The notes below the pieces were generated by a model. The model was not told the origin of the DNA. It searched no databases and was given only the letters and a program-made list of their open reading frames with translations. From contig MU055263.1 of NCBI GenBank assembly GCA_013239625.1, positions 5,489,886 to 5,553,885 of the forward strand: a DNA stretch of 64,000 nt. The letters run 5' to 3'. The stretch comes from Lama guanicoe (Eukaryota). Of this stretch, positions 24,335-37,020 are shown in pieces (position 1 is the stretch's first letter; each line of letters begins with the position of its first letter). Both the position numbers and the translations under genes were made by a program.

Positions 24335-25830
24335 CCTTTTACTCTGGAACGGTTTCAGATTCACAGGAAAGCCGTGAGGCTGCTGCCGAGGGCCTGAGCA
24401 GCCCTCACGCCTGGCTTTCCCGGTTATTAACGCCTGGCCTTGGCGTCACATTTGCCACAATTAACGAGCCAACGTCAGTCCATTGTCATTCATTAAAGTT
24501 TATGCTTTTTGCAGGTTTTCCTGCCATTTGCGTCGCGTCCTCCTCCTGTCCCAGGACCTCGCAGTACGTTCAGCAGTTCTGGCTCCTCAGGCTCCTCTGG
24601 GCTGCGACCGCGGCTCAGACCTTCCCTGTGTTTTGATGACCCTGACAGTGGGAGGAGTGCTGGTCAGGTACGTACAGCGCGTCCCTCAGCTGAGATTTGT
24701 CTCATGCTTTTCTCATGATTAGTCTGAATTACGGGTTTGGGGGAGGAAGACCCCAGAGGTAAAGTGCTCTTTTCGTTACGTCGTATCGCGGAGAAGTACT
24801 GCCACGGCTTGTCCCTGTGTTGGCGTGGACTGTGACCAGATGGCCGAGGTGGTCACTGTGAGCTCTGCCTGCTTTTCGTGCTGCTCTCCTTGGAGGGCAG
24901 TCACTGTGCAAATCCCACACCTGGGATTACGCTCCACCTCCTCAAGGGCAGAGGGTCTGGTTAAACCATTTGCGATCTTCCTGCACAGATGTGTTTATGC
25001 TCCCTGCTTCTTTATTCAGTCACTTCCTTACATCAGGATGGATTCATGAGTATTTATCTTATACTTTGGGTCATAACTCATTACTACTTTATTTTGCTGC
25101 TCAGATTGTTTCATCTTTGGCCATTGGACCTATTTCAATTAACTCCTGTGCACCTTTGACGAAACCCCACCATTGTGGGCTTCGTGAGCACTTCTTCACT
25201 TCCCAGGGCACCAAGGGGCTCTGGGTTCTGCCGATTCCCTGCCCCAGCCCTGGAGCCTGCCGTTCTGCAGAGGGCCCGGTTCCTTTCACTAGAAAAGGCA
25301 CGAGAAGCCACAGTCCGGGTGCAAGGCGTGCTCTTGCTCTGGGGAGTCACTGCCGCCAGGCCCTCAGCTGACAGAGCAAAGAACACGTTGCTACAGTAAC
25401 GCATCCTGCACACTTGTCAACACATACTCCGTACAGCTTTATCTGTAGTTTAGCTTAATGCTGTGTACACGAATCCACACTGATGGCTCCAACTGTAACC
25501 CATTTCCGCGTGGACCACACGGATCACTCCTCTCACTTACCTGTCACCTCCCACTCCTGGCCCCACCGCCCACTCTCCAGTTACTTCATTTTTCTAGTCT
25601 AGTATATATACAGTAGCTCCAGATTCACTAACCTGAACCCTCACCCTCATGGGAAGTGACTTTTCAAACAGGCTTGATGAAGCACTTGTGTGCAGCTCCT
25701 TCGCTTTAGTCTTGCCGTCCCCACTCTCTCCTGAGTGATGCAGGTCAGCATCCTTCTCACCCGTGCCCTTCAGTGGGTTTATTTAATACTTTGTAACACA
25801 GATTCTTCAGTCACAGTCTGAATTCCATCC
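24335..25830 (-). mobile_element. Ancient L1M (L1MC/L1MD-type) 3' region
   Basis: Motifs TTTCAGATTCACAGGAAAG, TTTGGGGGAGGAAGACCCCAGAGGTAAAGTGC, TTTATTTTGCTGCTCAGATTGTT...TTGGCCATTGG typical of the reverse L1M 3' end. Confidence 0.75.
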
Positions 25831-26169
25831 TGAGATCCTCCAAACCCCTAAATGTCACGTGTCCCTTGGGCCTCATCCTTCTGTCTCCTCCGGAATCATC
25901 AGACCATCAACTCAGGCTACGGTCAGTCCACTCATCCCTAAGAATTCTTTCCCTCGTCAACTTGTGGCTCCTAATCTGTCATTAGCCAAAAAACAAACAA
26001 ACAAACAAACAAACAAAAAACCACCAAACAGATGCGTTCTGCTAGCATTATAAATAAAACAAGAATAAGCAGGTAGTGCACGAGGGCCTGAGATGTTCCT
26101 CTACGCCAGCCTACGGGGGGTCCTGGCAGCCACTGCTCAGGGCTCTCTGTCCTGTCCCACTTTTTAAGT

Positions 26170-26570
26170 CAATGATGTTGTTGCAGAAGAAGTTTGGATT
26201 GCATTAAGCCTAAGAGGATAGCGAACGGTACAGAAAAAGAATTGGGAGTAAAAACACATAGCAGTCTGGAAGTTGGGCCAAAAGAGGTTAGATTCAGCAG
26301 GCATCAAGTTAAATAATTTAGTTCAAACAGTTCGAGAGCACAGATCGGGTAAGGAAACCGGCTTGCCAACTGCACCTATGAGAAAGACGTCGACGTTTCT
26401 GTAGACTGAGGGCTCAGCATGAAGCAAAGATGAGACGTGGCCACCGAACAAACGTCACCAGGAGGGCAGTGACCGGGACGGGGAGGAGACGGTCCCCCTC
26501 ATCCCAGCGCTCTTCAGATCACGCCTGCCGCACCGCGTCCCGCCAGCACAACTGCTAGATGAACCAGCGT
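26170..26570 (+). mobile_element. CR1/L3 LINE relic
   Basis: CTATGAGAAAGAC...GTAGACTGAGGGCTCAGCATGAAGCAA...GTGGCCACC, typical of L3. Confidence 0.5.
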
Positions 26571-26959
26571 CGTGAAGGGCCTGGGGACACTAACTCACCA
26601 GGCATTCAGTGAGTATTGTGACCTATTCAAGGTGTTACAAAATGTGCTAGTATCCAGGGGTGGTAGTGGTGAAAATAACAACAGAGAAAATAACCAACTT
26701 ACCGTGTCCCACGTGTTGCTTGGAGCACTTTCTATACGTTAATTAATCTAACCAGGTGACTTACTTTGCTTCTTGGTAAGTTGCCCAGGTATCTGAGGCT
26801 CCCGCGTTTCTGCCCACGAGGGAACAGTCACTATACTCAACAGGCTGCATTTAATCAACTATTCTACAGTTTATGCCACGTGCTTTTCCCCGTTTTTCTT
26901 CTTTCAAAATGTTTAAGTAATTAAACACCAAATTGGCACACGCCTGTCATTACCTGGCA

Positions 26960-27240
26960 TAACTTTTTAAAAGTGACTTTTTGATTATAAAGTTAATAAC
27001 ACTCAACAAAGAGAAACCGGAGAATACAGACACAGAGAGGGAAGAGGAAGAAACGAAACAAAGCAGGTAATCTCCCGACCGCTGCATCCACCTGCGGTGT
27101 TTCGCCTCCACTTTCTGCTATGAATACACGTGTGGGTTTCGTTTTACACTGAAGCTATCGTAACTGCATACGCACATTTGTACTCGACCTGGTTAACCTG
27201 ACGAGCATTTTCCCCTTTTACTAAATGAGCTGCGTTGCTG
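26960..27240 (-). mobile_element. L1ME-type 3' fragment
   Basis: TTTGATTATAAAGTTAATA...GAGAATACAGA...TGACGAGCATTTTCCCC. Confidence 0.45.
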
Positions 27241-27423
27241 TCGGTTTGTGGGCTGTGAACATGCCGTATGTTTCAAGACAACACCAAGGAAGATGTTTCC
27301 TCCTCCGCCCGTTTTGAATCACTTGTTACCAGCCGATCGCTGTAAGGAAGGATTCTATAAAGACGCTGTCTCTGTAAGTGAACGCAGCCTTTTAATCGTC
27401 GCCATGATTTAAGGAGCACTTAC

Positions 27424-27498
27424 CTTACTGAATAAGGAGAAGTTTTACTGGGTGAGCTAGCCCAGCGCTACCAGAGCCCCCCGCCCCACGTCGTGCAC
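27424..27498 (-). other. Candidate 75-nt non-coding (5'UTR) cassette exon
   Basis: Acceptor TTTCCTTTTTTGTCTGAGTTTCTTCTTAAAG|G and consensus donor AAG|GTAAGT. Stops in all three frames, no ATG. Confidence 0.4.
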
Positions 27499-28265
27499 CT
27501 TTAAGAAGAAACTCAGACAAAAAAGGAAACCCTGACTCTGAGGGCCGCGCCCTCGGCAGCTACAAAGGCCGGCGGCCCAGGCCTCTGGAGTAAGGGCTGT
27601 GTCTCCCACTCTTCGGAGAAGGAACGAATTGGCAAGAAGAGAGGATCGTGGGATATCTGAGATGCTCCCACCTGCCGGCGGTGAGGCACCAGGCTCCAGA
27701 AGGTGGGAGAGAACGCGAAAGATGAACGAAATTCACTGGGGGGAGAGCGACACAGAACAGAGCTCCCCACTAATGTCCCTCTCAGCTTGCCCTCCGAGGC
27801 AGAGGGACGGAGGGAAGGACGAAGTCAGCGAGGCCACACAGCCCAACAATCAGCGTGATTTCAGCCGTGAGGACCAAGCAGCACCGCATCTGCCCACGTG
27901 TCCAAGAAGCCCCTGGCGACGCCTGAAGGAGGGGACTCCTGCCAGTTCCGCCTCCACAGCCTGTGGTCCGAAGCCTTGGTCTGAGGAGCTGCGGTCCCCA
28001 GCAGAGACAGACGGTGCCCTGCCCTCACGCCTAAGCAGGATGCATTTACTCCACAGAGAGACGGTGAATCCAGCAACAGCAAAAGGAGGATTCTCTGAGG
28101 GGTCTAGAAAAACGCTTCCTAGCGCACGTCAGCTGGAAACTCTTTGCCTCCTGCCCTTCCAAATCCCCTTCCTCTGCAGTCTGACGCCCTGGTACCCCCC
28201 CTGCCGGGCGGCAGTGACCCCCAGGAAGGGGATGCATCCCAGCACTGTCAGAAGAGTGACCATCA

Positions 28266-28302
28266 TGATTATAAATCAATAAAAAATGTTAAAAAAAAAA
28301 AA
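28266..28302 (+). mobile_element. Extremely 5'-truncated retro-insertion (L1-like 3' terminus plus polyA)
   Basis: TGATTATAAATCAATAAAAAATGTT followed by A12, flanked by a perfect 16-bp TSD AGAAGAGTGACCATCA (28250-28265 and 28303-28318). Confidence 0.85.
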
Positions 28303-28799
28303 AGAAGAGTGACCATCAAGGCAGAGACGAGACGGGAGGCGGAGAGATGTGTGCCAAGAAGGGAAGTTCCTCCTCATGTGTTAGATGAAAGGTGTGTTTC
28401 TGGGCCCTCATGTTTCTTTCATGACCACCGACACACACACACGTACACGCGCACCTTAGAGCATAAACAACGCTGTGCGGAGACCAGCACGCGCAAGGTC
28501 GCAGAGGCGACGCTGAGCCCGCCGGATGCCTCAGGTCAAGATGCCTGGTGTGACTGCAGCAAACAACTCGTACTGCGCGTCACACAAAATAAAGGCAAAG
28601 GTTAAGGGTTGGCTAGATTTCCGAGGACAACGCTGGATTCCAGAGTTTGGTTTTACTCAGGAGCAACAGAGAGCAGTACAAATTCACAGGAACATGAAAC
28701 TGGCCTTTAGAAGGCAGTCACACCACGCGCGCGTGACCTCCTGGGCCTGGGGAGGGCGACGCGGAGCGGGCGGTGGGCGGAGGGGAGGTTGGGGGTCAG

Positions 28800-28860
28800 G
28801 GACTGGCAGGGAGGGGGGGCCGTGCCTCAAGGACTGGCCGGGAGGGGGGGCCGTGCCTCA
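28800..28860 (+). repeat. 31-bp G-rich tandem duplication (2 copies)
   Basis: GGACTGGCAGGGAGGGGGGGCCGTGCCTCAA followed by GGACTGGCCGGGAGGGGGGGCCGTGCCTCA. Confidence 0.9.
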
Positions 28861-28941
28861 GCTGGGAGGGGCCGAGCGCGGTGAGCATGGCATCAGGAGA
28901 CGGAGGCAGAGAGCGCAAGCCTCACGGCCCACGAGGAGACC

Positions 28942-29065
28942 GGGAGTCGGGGTACAGCTCAGCGGTAGAGCGTGTGCTCGGCGTGCACGAGGGCCTGGGT
29001 TCAATCCCCAGGGCCTCCATCAAGGGGGGGAAATTTTAAAAATAAATAAATAAACAAACAAAAAA
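28942..29065 (+). mobile_element. tRNA-Ala-derived SINE, camelid vic-1-like
   Basis: GGGGTACAGCTCAGCGGTAGAGCG (A box), GGTTCAATCC (B box), A-rich (AAAT)n tail. Target-site duplication AGGAGACC at 28934-28941 and 29066-29073. Confidence 0.85.
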
Positions 29066-32000
29066 AGGAGACCCTTGGTGGGAACTGTGACGGCCTGACA
29101 CAGGGAACGCAGGGAAGGGAAGCTCGGCGACGCCAGGATCCGACAGCACAGGCCTCAGTGAGGGAGCGGCGCCAGCGATCGTGAGCCGCCAGGCCTTGCT
29201 GGTTCAGGCCGTGTCTGCGGGTCGTGAGCCCAGTTTCTCCCGTTACCATGCCAGCTCTGAGAGGGACTGTCTGGGGCGCTCCAGGACTCGCTGACGGTCA
29301 CCCAGATGAAAGGGCTGGGATTTGAACCCATGTCTGTCCAACCCCGCACTGTTGCCTCCCCGGTGTCAAGGCCTGAGCAACAGAGCAGCCGCTCGTCACC
29401 ACAAACTCTTACCTAAGCCAACACCGTCCCCTGGACACCTGTACCCACGCCGCTCTCCGCAGTCTGCAGCAGAGCATCGCGCCTGCGAGACGTGGATGTG
29501 AAGACTGACAGCACCTGGGGCTCTGGGAGCTGAGCAGATGGCAGGGCTTATTTTTACTGTCCCGTGGGCGTTTTCCTTCAGTGACTAACGTCAGGAAGCA
29601 GGAAGGGCTCCACACAGAGCCCCTCGCCCCAGCACGCCCCGAAGACGAGCTCGCGAGGCTCACGGTGAGGTCAGCCTCCTCTCCACCAAAACACACAGGG
29701 CGAGCTGCGTCTGTCCACGCGTCTGGGATTCCTGCCGAAGGCCCGTCCGCAGCTTCAGGTACAGCCTGCAGCCCGACCGGATGCGTTCACGCAACACGCC
29801 CTGCTTTCTTCAGCAAGGACAAAGCAAGAAAGGTTGACCCGGAGCACACTCTAGCTAGCTGGTCTGCTTTCCCACACACTTTACCTGCAACGCATTAGCA
29901 ATGACGAGTAAGCAAGAAACGGACCGAAGCAGCCACGCCCCGCCAGGCCCGGGCCCCTCGCTGAGCCGGATGCTGGCTGGGTGGCGCCGGCTTTCTGAAG
30001 GCACCTGGCTTTTCTAAAGCCCTCGCGTCTCCGCTGACAGGTTCACAGGCGGCCAGTGCCAAACGGGCCCTGAAGGGTTAGCTGACAGAGGGTAGCGCGC
30101 CCAGGCGCACCTCCTGCGCGGCTCGGTGTCCCCGTCACAGCGCTGGTACAAGTCAGGTGTGGAGCAGACGAGGGGAGCAGCGTCAGCCCCTTCTGGTTCT
30201 CCTTGCCTGTCCCCTTGCCCAGCTGAAACCTCTCGCTCAGCCGTTTGAACAGTGACCTCGAGGGCCCAGAATGCGCAGCCTCGGCCAGCTCCACCGCGAG
30301 CACCTCCCTCCAGCAGGGCCTGCTCATGGGCCCTGCCCTGCGCTGAGCAGGCCCCCAGATCGCCCTCTCTCACCGTCTCAGAGTGACTGTGCTCCTCAGA
30401 AGCACTCCCCTTCTCCTACTGGTCCCCCAGCCTCCAGTCATGCTTGGGTCTCCCCACCCAGTTTAAAAAATACAGCTCTTTTATGTCAGTAAACTAGGGG
30501 GAAAAGTCCCTATTTTTGATCCTGTAACGCTTCCAATCTACCCATCACACTGCATCAAAGGCAGGTTCTGAAAGTACCCCCGGGAACAGCCCTTTAAAAG
30601 CTCTGCTGCTTACTAGGTAAAGTCTAAACTCCCCCGCCAGCATCGAAGCCCCTCCACTATCCGCCTCCGCCCTTTCTCACCTCCCCACGCTCCCCACACG
30701 CCCGTGAGTGGCGTGGGCTGGGCTCTGTGAGCGGCTCGGGCCACCTCCTCCCTTCTCGTGTGGAACTGCCCCCTATTGTCCCAGGCCTGGCGCAGATGTG
30801 GCGTCTTCTGAAAGAACCGCTCTCTAGTACAGCAACAAGCTAATTTCTGTCCTGCAACCCACACTTTGCTGTCCATGATTCAACCAACATTTGTTCAGGA
30901 CGTGGGCACCAGGGACTCTGCCGGGAACACAAAGACACTTGGAGTCTGAGATACAAACGATCAGCGAACCATTTAAACAGTGGCAGGTGCTTCTGGAGGT
31001 ACAGGACCGTGGCCTCCTCCCGACCCGGCCCCCGAGCAGGGCAGGGGCTGAGCCCCTTTCCTCAGCGTCCTCCTCATCACTGAACGCCCTGTGGACTCTC
31101 AAGCTATCTCGATTCATCTCAGTAAACACAACGGTCACTTGCCTGCTTCCCCTGGAGCAGGCCGACATTCATCTCTCTGCACTCCCAACAGCCAGCCCGG
31201 TGCGCGGCATGCCGCGGTCAGTCAGTCGAGGGACGAGTGCGAGGAAGGAGAGAAGCAAGAAGCCACCAGCATGACAGCGGGGACACCTGCCTCGTCACCT
31301 TGAGTCCCCGGGCGCAGGACAGGGTCTGGCCCATTGCGGGGACACAGCAAACTCGGAGCAAGTAACTACGGCCGCTTGGGGGACCCGTCGCTCAACCAAC
31401 TGGCGGGTTTCTTGTCTCTCTCAGCGCAGCCGGAGAACCTCTGCTGGCAGGCTGAGGATGGGACTCCCCAGGGCTCCTCCCTCCCCAGCCCGGCCTCCCC
31501 TCCCAGCAGCTGCTGGGCAGAGCGGAGCCCCCGGCTCCCAAGACGCCACCCCAGCCCCCGGACAGGGCGCGGACGGAGCCTCATGAACAGCTCACAGGAA
31601 GGCGTAAAGTGACCACCAGGGCCAGTTCACGGCCAGAGGTACCCTCCCCGGGCCTGGCCGCTCCGGACCGAGGACCACTGGGCCAAGGACCACTGAGCTC
31701 GGTTACCAATTTGGAAATTAAAAGCAGAAGCTAAAAATAAAGTTCACTGTAACTGTTCAAGGTTAATGGGACGGAAACCACAAAGAATTGGGCCTGAGGG
31801 CAAGGCCCCCGGGTGGGGAGGCGCTCTGACTCAGCAGGAGCCGCAGCCCTGTGCCTCTCAGAGCTGCCCTGTGTCTGGGGGCCATGCCGCACAACTCAGC
31901 ACTTCACCTGCCTCCACCTCATGAGGCTTCAGATTCTTTCTTGAATAAGACAAGATACAGATGAAGTTTCATGGAGGTAAGTTTTATCTCCCGGACAGAA

Positions 32001-32329
32001 AGGAAAACCCTCAAGGGAAAAGGCGGTGGCCTGGAGGCCTGGATGCAACTGCCGCTGTGTTTGGTTGAGAACAAAAGTCGTCAGCTCCACGAGCTGGGAG
32101 ACTGCACGTTAAAATCCGGACTCTCGTTTTTCTGAAACTGAAAGTTCACGCAGCCCGGACCCTCACCCCCACAGTAATGACAGCCACAGCGGAGCTGCCC
32201 CTTTGAGAAGACCCCCGCCTGCCCGACACGCAGCCCCCGCCCTCTCCGTGTTTCTGACATTCTTACCTGTCTGGCCTGTGAGCTCAGGGACCGTATTTAT
32301 TGAGCCAACCCAAGCTGTGCCCTGGCAGT

Positions 32330-33360
32330 GTCCCGACTTCTCTCTCCCCTGCTCCCTGCATCGAAGCAATCAGAAAGTTCTACTGACCTCTGAAACATCC
32401 CGAAGTGCTTACTCCTCCCAGTCACTGCCTCGATGCTCATCTCACAACCCGCTAAGGGCACCGGACTGCGTCCCAGGGATCCTTGCTTTCCACTGCCACT
32501 CAGCCCCTCACGTCCTCTCCCTCCACGGGCCTCCGCTCGTGAACACCTCCTTCCTTCTCATCCACCTGTGCTCCCCTCGCCCCTCCTTCTTTCTTCATCC
32601 TGCTCATCGGACAAACCGCAGTTCTGGTTAGAAAGCCGATCTCTGGGGCTGCCGGACTCACGGGGGCCCCACGATCCACTGTCACCTGTGACCGCTGATC
32701 TCGGGTGGGTCCTCGGGTCGGCCTTGGCAACCCTACTGCACACCCCGCGTCCACCACCCTGCCCCCAGCCTGGACGGCTGTTTTGCACTCTGCCCTCTCT
32801 TTACAAATCTCCTCCCGACCTGCAGTGCAGAACTGTGCGCTTGTGTTTCACTGAGAAACAAAAGTGATAGGAGAGCTTCCCCACACGGCCGCTTCCACCT
32901 TCGCTAGTCTTCCCACGTTCATACCCGCACTGTCGGCCCCGTTTCTGTGGAGGGACCGTCTGCCCCCTCACAGCCACTCCTGCACCTGCACCGTCCGTCC
33001 CACCTCTAGCCTCCGCTCCGTCACCCCTCCAGCAGCCGTCTCCCCCTCTCCTCCGTTACCCTGCTTCCCCTGCCACTGGGTCCCACCTGTCAGCAAATGC
33101 ACACTGTGACTTGCCTACCTTAAAAAATAAAAAAACAAAAAGCCCGCCTTCACCTCACTTCCTCCTCCAGGTCCTATTCTGCTCCCCGTGTCTTCGGGAG
33201 CTTGTGGTCTGGAAATGGTGATATGTACGCACCTGTGAGTATCACTGGGCGACTAAAATCGGCGTGCAACACCCTCTTACCTACCTGTGCGTTCTCACCG
33301 CCTGGCGGTGCGTCACCATCATCAGTTGCTCAGTAAATGTTGGCTGAATAGGTGACTCAC
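32330..33360 (+). mobile_element. L2 fragments
   Basis: Pyrimidine/C-rich decayed L2 body ending in GCTCAGTAAATGTTGGCTGAATAG. Confidence 0.5.
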
Positions 33361-36300
33361 AAGAGATTATAAAGAGCAATAAAGGGAGAAATCCACTGGG
33401 ACCAGCAGGGATAGGGACAGAGACGGAGAAGGAAATGAGAAAAGCCGTCAGGTGGGCAGGTGAGAAGGCGAGGTTAACGCTGGAACAGCTGGAGCCCGCA
33501 GGAACCCGCCTGTCATCCTGTGGGCCGCGGTGCTGCTGAAGACCTTCAAACAGGGAAGGAGCATCATACGCATTACAACCTGGAAACGTTAATCTGACAT
33601 TCTACCTTGAGGCTAGCGGGTGCGGAAACCGGTGCAGAGACGCTGCCATAGTCCACGCAGGGAGAACTACGGAGCTGCTCCAGGAGGCTGGCGGGGGTGG
33701 GGGTACATTCAGGGTGTCTGGCTGACGGGCAAGAGCCGCTGCTCTAAAGCCCGTTGCCTACTTAGCTTCAACTGGTATTAAGTTCTTCCCATGTATATAT
33801 GCCACCGAGACCGGGACTGTCACGTACTCAAGGGGCAGTATTTTTGCCCCTCAGGTTACGAGTGAAGAGACTGTCTCCTCAGGACACTCAGCAAGTAAGT
33901 GGTAGGAAAAAAAAAATCAAAGTCAGGTCTCAGCTATGGCGCTCTTCTTGGCTTGTGACAAACGTTTGACCTAGTGAGATTTCTGTGTGTGACAATCCAG
34001 AACTGGAGTCTAAAGCTCGTCTCGCCAACACCAGGGCAGTTCGCTTTGTCTCTGATGGTCCTAGAAGTGACGCTGGAGAGTAAACTTCCTCATTCGGATC
34101 AGATCACGTGACGGCAGTAAACCTTTCCCATCTGTTACCCAGCTCCCCGCCCCACACATCCATGCCAGCGACTCAACACTCCCCCTGTACAGACCCTAAG
34201 TAAACTCTCTCCTGGCCCTTAACCAGATTCCCCGTCTGCAGAACGAGGCGACAGCACCAAACCACACAGAGACATGCGAAGCCCACAGACGATGCCTCAC
34301 AGACAGCAGACACCAAATCCACGCTAGCTAACTGCACCTGCCCCTTCCAACCTTCCCCGTCTTGTAAAGTCCAGTCCACATCGACGCCACGGACTGCTCC
34401 AGGAAGAGCTGAATGGCTTCCTCTTCACTTTTTTTGTAACCTGATTTTAATATTTTTTTCATAGTCTCATTGATGTTCTGGCTAAAGTACACGTCTCTTG
34501 CTCCAATTAGAATGCAAAAGTAGTGTTTCATTTATATTTCACCCTCCATGACGTTAGCACAGTGTGGTGGGTATAGTTGGTCCCAAATAAGTAACTGCTG
34601 AATTCACTGCTGAACACTCTCGTTGTCAATCGCTAATTAATTTTAAAATAAATTTGCAGGGAAGATGATTGTACACACACATCAGTAGAACAAACACATC
34701 TGTTAGTGCTACATTAGTTAGTCTCACTCAACTATGACTTAGGAAAAAAGAAATAATTCCTTGAACATAACACTGTATAGAAGGTAACACCATGGATTTA
34801 ATAAAAAAGGGTTTGTTATGACATCTGTGAAGCACACTCTATCACGGCCCACAACGCCGTCCCATCAGCTTCCCGTCCACTCCCACCTCCCCAGCAGAGC
34901 CGCCTGACCGAGCGCGCCCACGGTCTGTGACAGCGGACTGCCGGCCAGCCCTGCTGCTTAGCAAGCGCTCCCTATGCTGAGTTTAAATCGGTCTTCTCAT
35001 AACTTCTACTCATTCGTTCTAGCTCTTCAATTTATATTAATAAGGCTTGTGCCCCAAGGAAATCTATAACTGGAACCAGAGTCTTCTAAATTGCAAGCTG
35101 CATCCTCTCTCTGCATTCAAACAGAAAGAGAGGAGAAACCATGGAATTCAGAGCAGGAGAGAAGTTCGTATTGCTTCCTTTCTCTCAGCTGAAGCGCTGG
35201 AAACGGGTGTCGCTGGGCCGTAGGCAGATGTGCGGGAAGGGCAGGAGATGAAGTCTAGCCGGCAAACGCAGTGATAACCAGAGCAGTGAGACGCACCGAC
35301 GTGCACGGAAAAACAGGCCTGCAGCCCAGCAGCTGTGCCTCCTGGACAGCCCGATCCCCCACGGGCTCATCCCGTCAGAGACCGCCACACGTCCACGTCC
35401 TCCCTCTGTAAGACGGGCAGCTTCAGGCCGCACACGGTTTCAAGCTAGAGGATGCTAACAGTTGACCACGTGTAAAGCAAGCCCGCAGAAACTCTCAGCG
35501 GGTTCAGTGTAAGTCAGATGCCCTCAAAGGCAAACCAGAATCTGGAAACAAAAAACAAGCAGAACACTCCGGCCCAAAGGACGGACTTGCACAGCGAAGC
35601 AGCCCCCGCCATCTGGGCCAGCTTTCTAGCTACAGGATTTGCTCACCAAGGGGCGTTGCAACAAGGGCCTATAGATCAAAAAGGCAGCCCTGGAGAGCAA
35701 CTGCTGGGCACGTGAGATCTGCTGGGCACCCTGTCGTCCCATCCTTGGAGGACAGATCTAAGGACTGGAAAGGACTTACGTCGTGACTGTCTCGGAAACC
35801 CTAGAAGTAGATCTTCAAGAGGCCACGTTCGTTAAAGTCGATATGGTGCGGCTGCGACGGGGGCAGCTCTGGGTTACTGGCAGACGCCACCGAAGGCGAG
35901 AAGGCTAACGCATCATCACTCAGTTTCAAACCCTACAGCGACACCGTTCAGAATATTTTCACTTCCGGATTTCTGTTACTGATACCATTTACCAAATTGC
36001 GACTCCCACCCCCCAGTACGTTCCTGCCAGCCCCGCTCACGCCTCCATAAGAGGGAAGACGTCAAGCTTTCTCATGTTAGGAGGTTCTGATAAGATGGAA
36101 ACATACTTCCTTCCGAACATCACTAGGGCTCCTTCAGCTCAGGAAGGAGCGCGGGCGCTAGGAGATGCCTGGCCCCTGATCACACACGCCCAGTTCACTG
36201 TGGAGTCTCTGCGGAGTGACGTGGCCATCCACCAGCGTCCACAGCGACCGGCAGGAGGCCGCAGACGACACGTCACATGCTGAACCCAACTGGGCGAGCT

Positions 36301-36796
36301 GCCGTGAGCCTGCATGGAGGGGGACAGAGCACAGCCTCCAAGTTCAGGACAGACGGCCTGAGCCAGGTCAGCACAATGTCATCCTGACACTCAGAATCCG
36401 GGCTCCTTAAACACAAAAAGGAGGGGAGTCGATAACAAGGACCACAAAAACATTATGAAATGATGGCAAGAGCAGGAGACACTCAGCACTGTTTTACTAT
36501 ACACAAGGCGCTGTTTAAGCACTTCAACTTTCCCTATCCACGTCGTACAAACGAGGACGTTGAGGCAGAGAGAAGCCAAGTAACCTGACCAGGCTGAGAA
36601 AGCCGGTAAGTGGCAGGCGAGGGCCCTGCGCTGGTGACGCGTAAGGACCACGATGGGGCAGACGCGGAGCTCTTCCAGAATGCAGGCCTTCCGGACGCTC
36701 CCTGCTCCAGTCTCCCTCTTCTCGGCGGCCCTGTCAGTAAACATTTAGCTGACAGCCCACAGCCAGCTCCAGTCTGGAACCTTGGCCCTCACTGGT

Positions 36797-37020
36797 CCCG
36801 CACAATCTGGGACAGTAGCCAGGAGCCAAATGTGGCTACTTAAACTCGAATTGACTTTTAATATTAAATTGAAGCTAAATGAAATGAAAACCTCAGTAAC
36901 TCAGTCACATTACCCACTCTTCAGGTGTTTGATACCCAAACTTCAGTTCCAGAGGTGACCCCACTGGAGAGAAAAGAGAAGCAGCATTTCTCTCTCTGGG
37001 GGAAGCTCCCCCGGCTAGCC
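36797..37020. mobile_element. hAT-Charlie MITE (MER3/MER33-type)
   Basis: GTAGCCAGGAGCCAAATGTGGCTACTTAAA...TCAGTCACATTACCCAC. Confidence 0.65.

Noticed and set aside
28948-29020. tRNA-Ala gene with a GGC anticodon
   Set aside because: Broken acceptor stem, A-rich tail and TSD mark it as a SINE.
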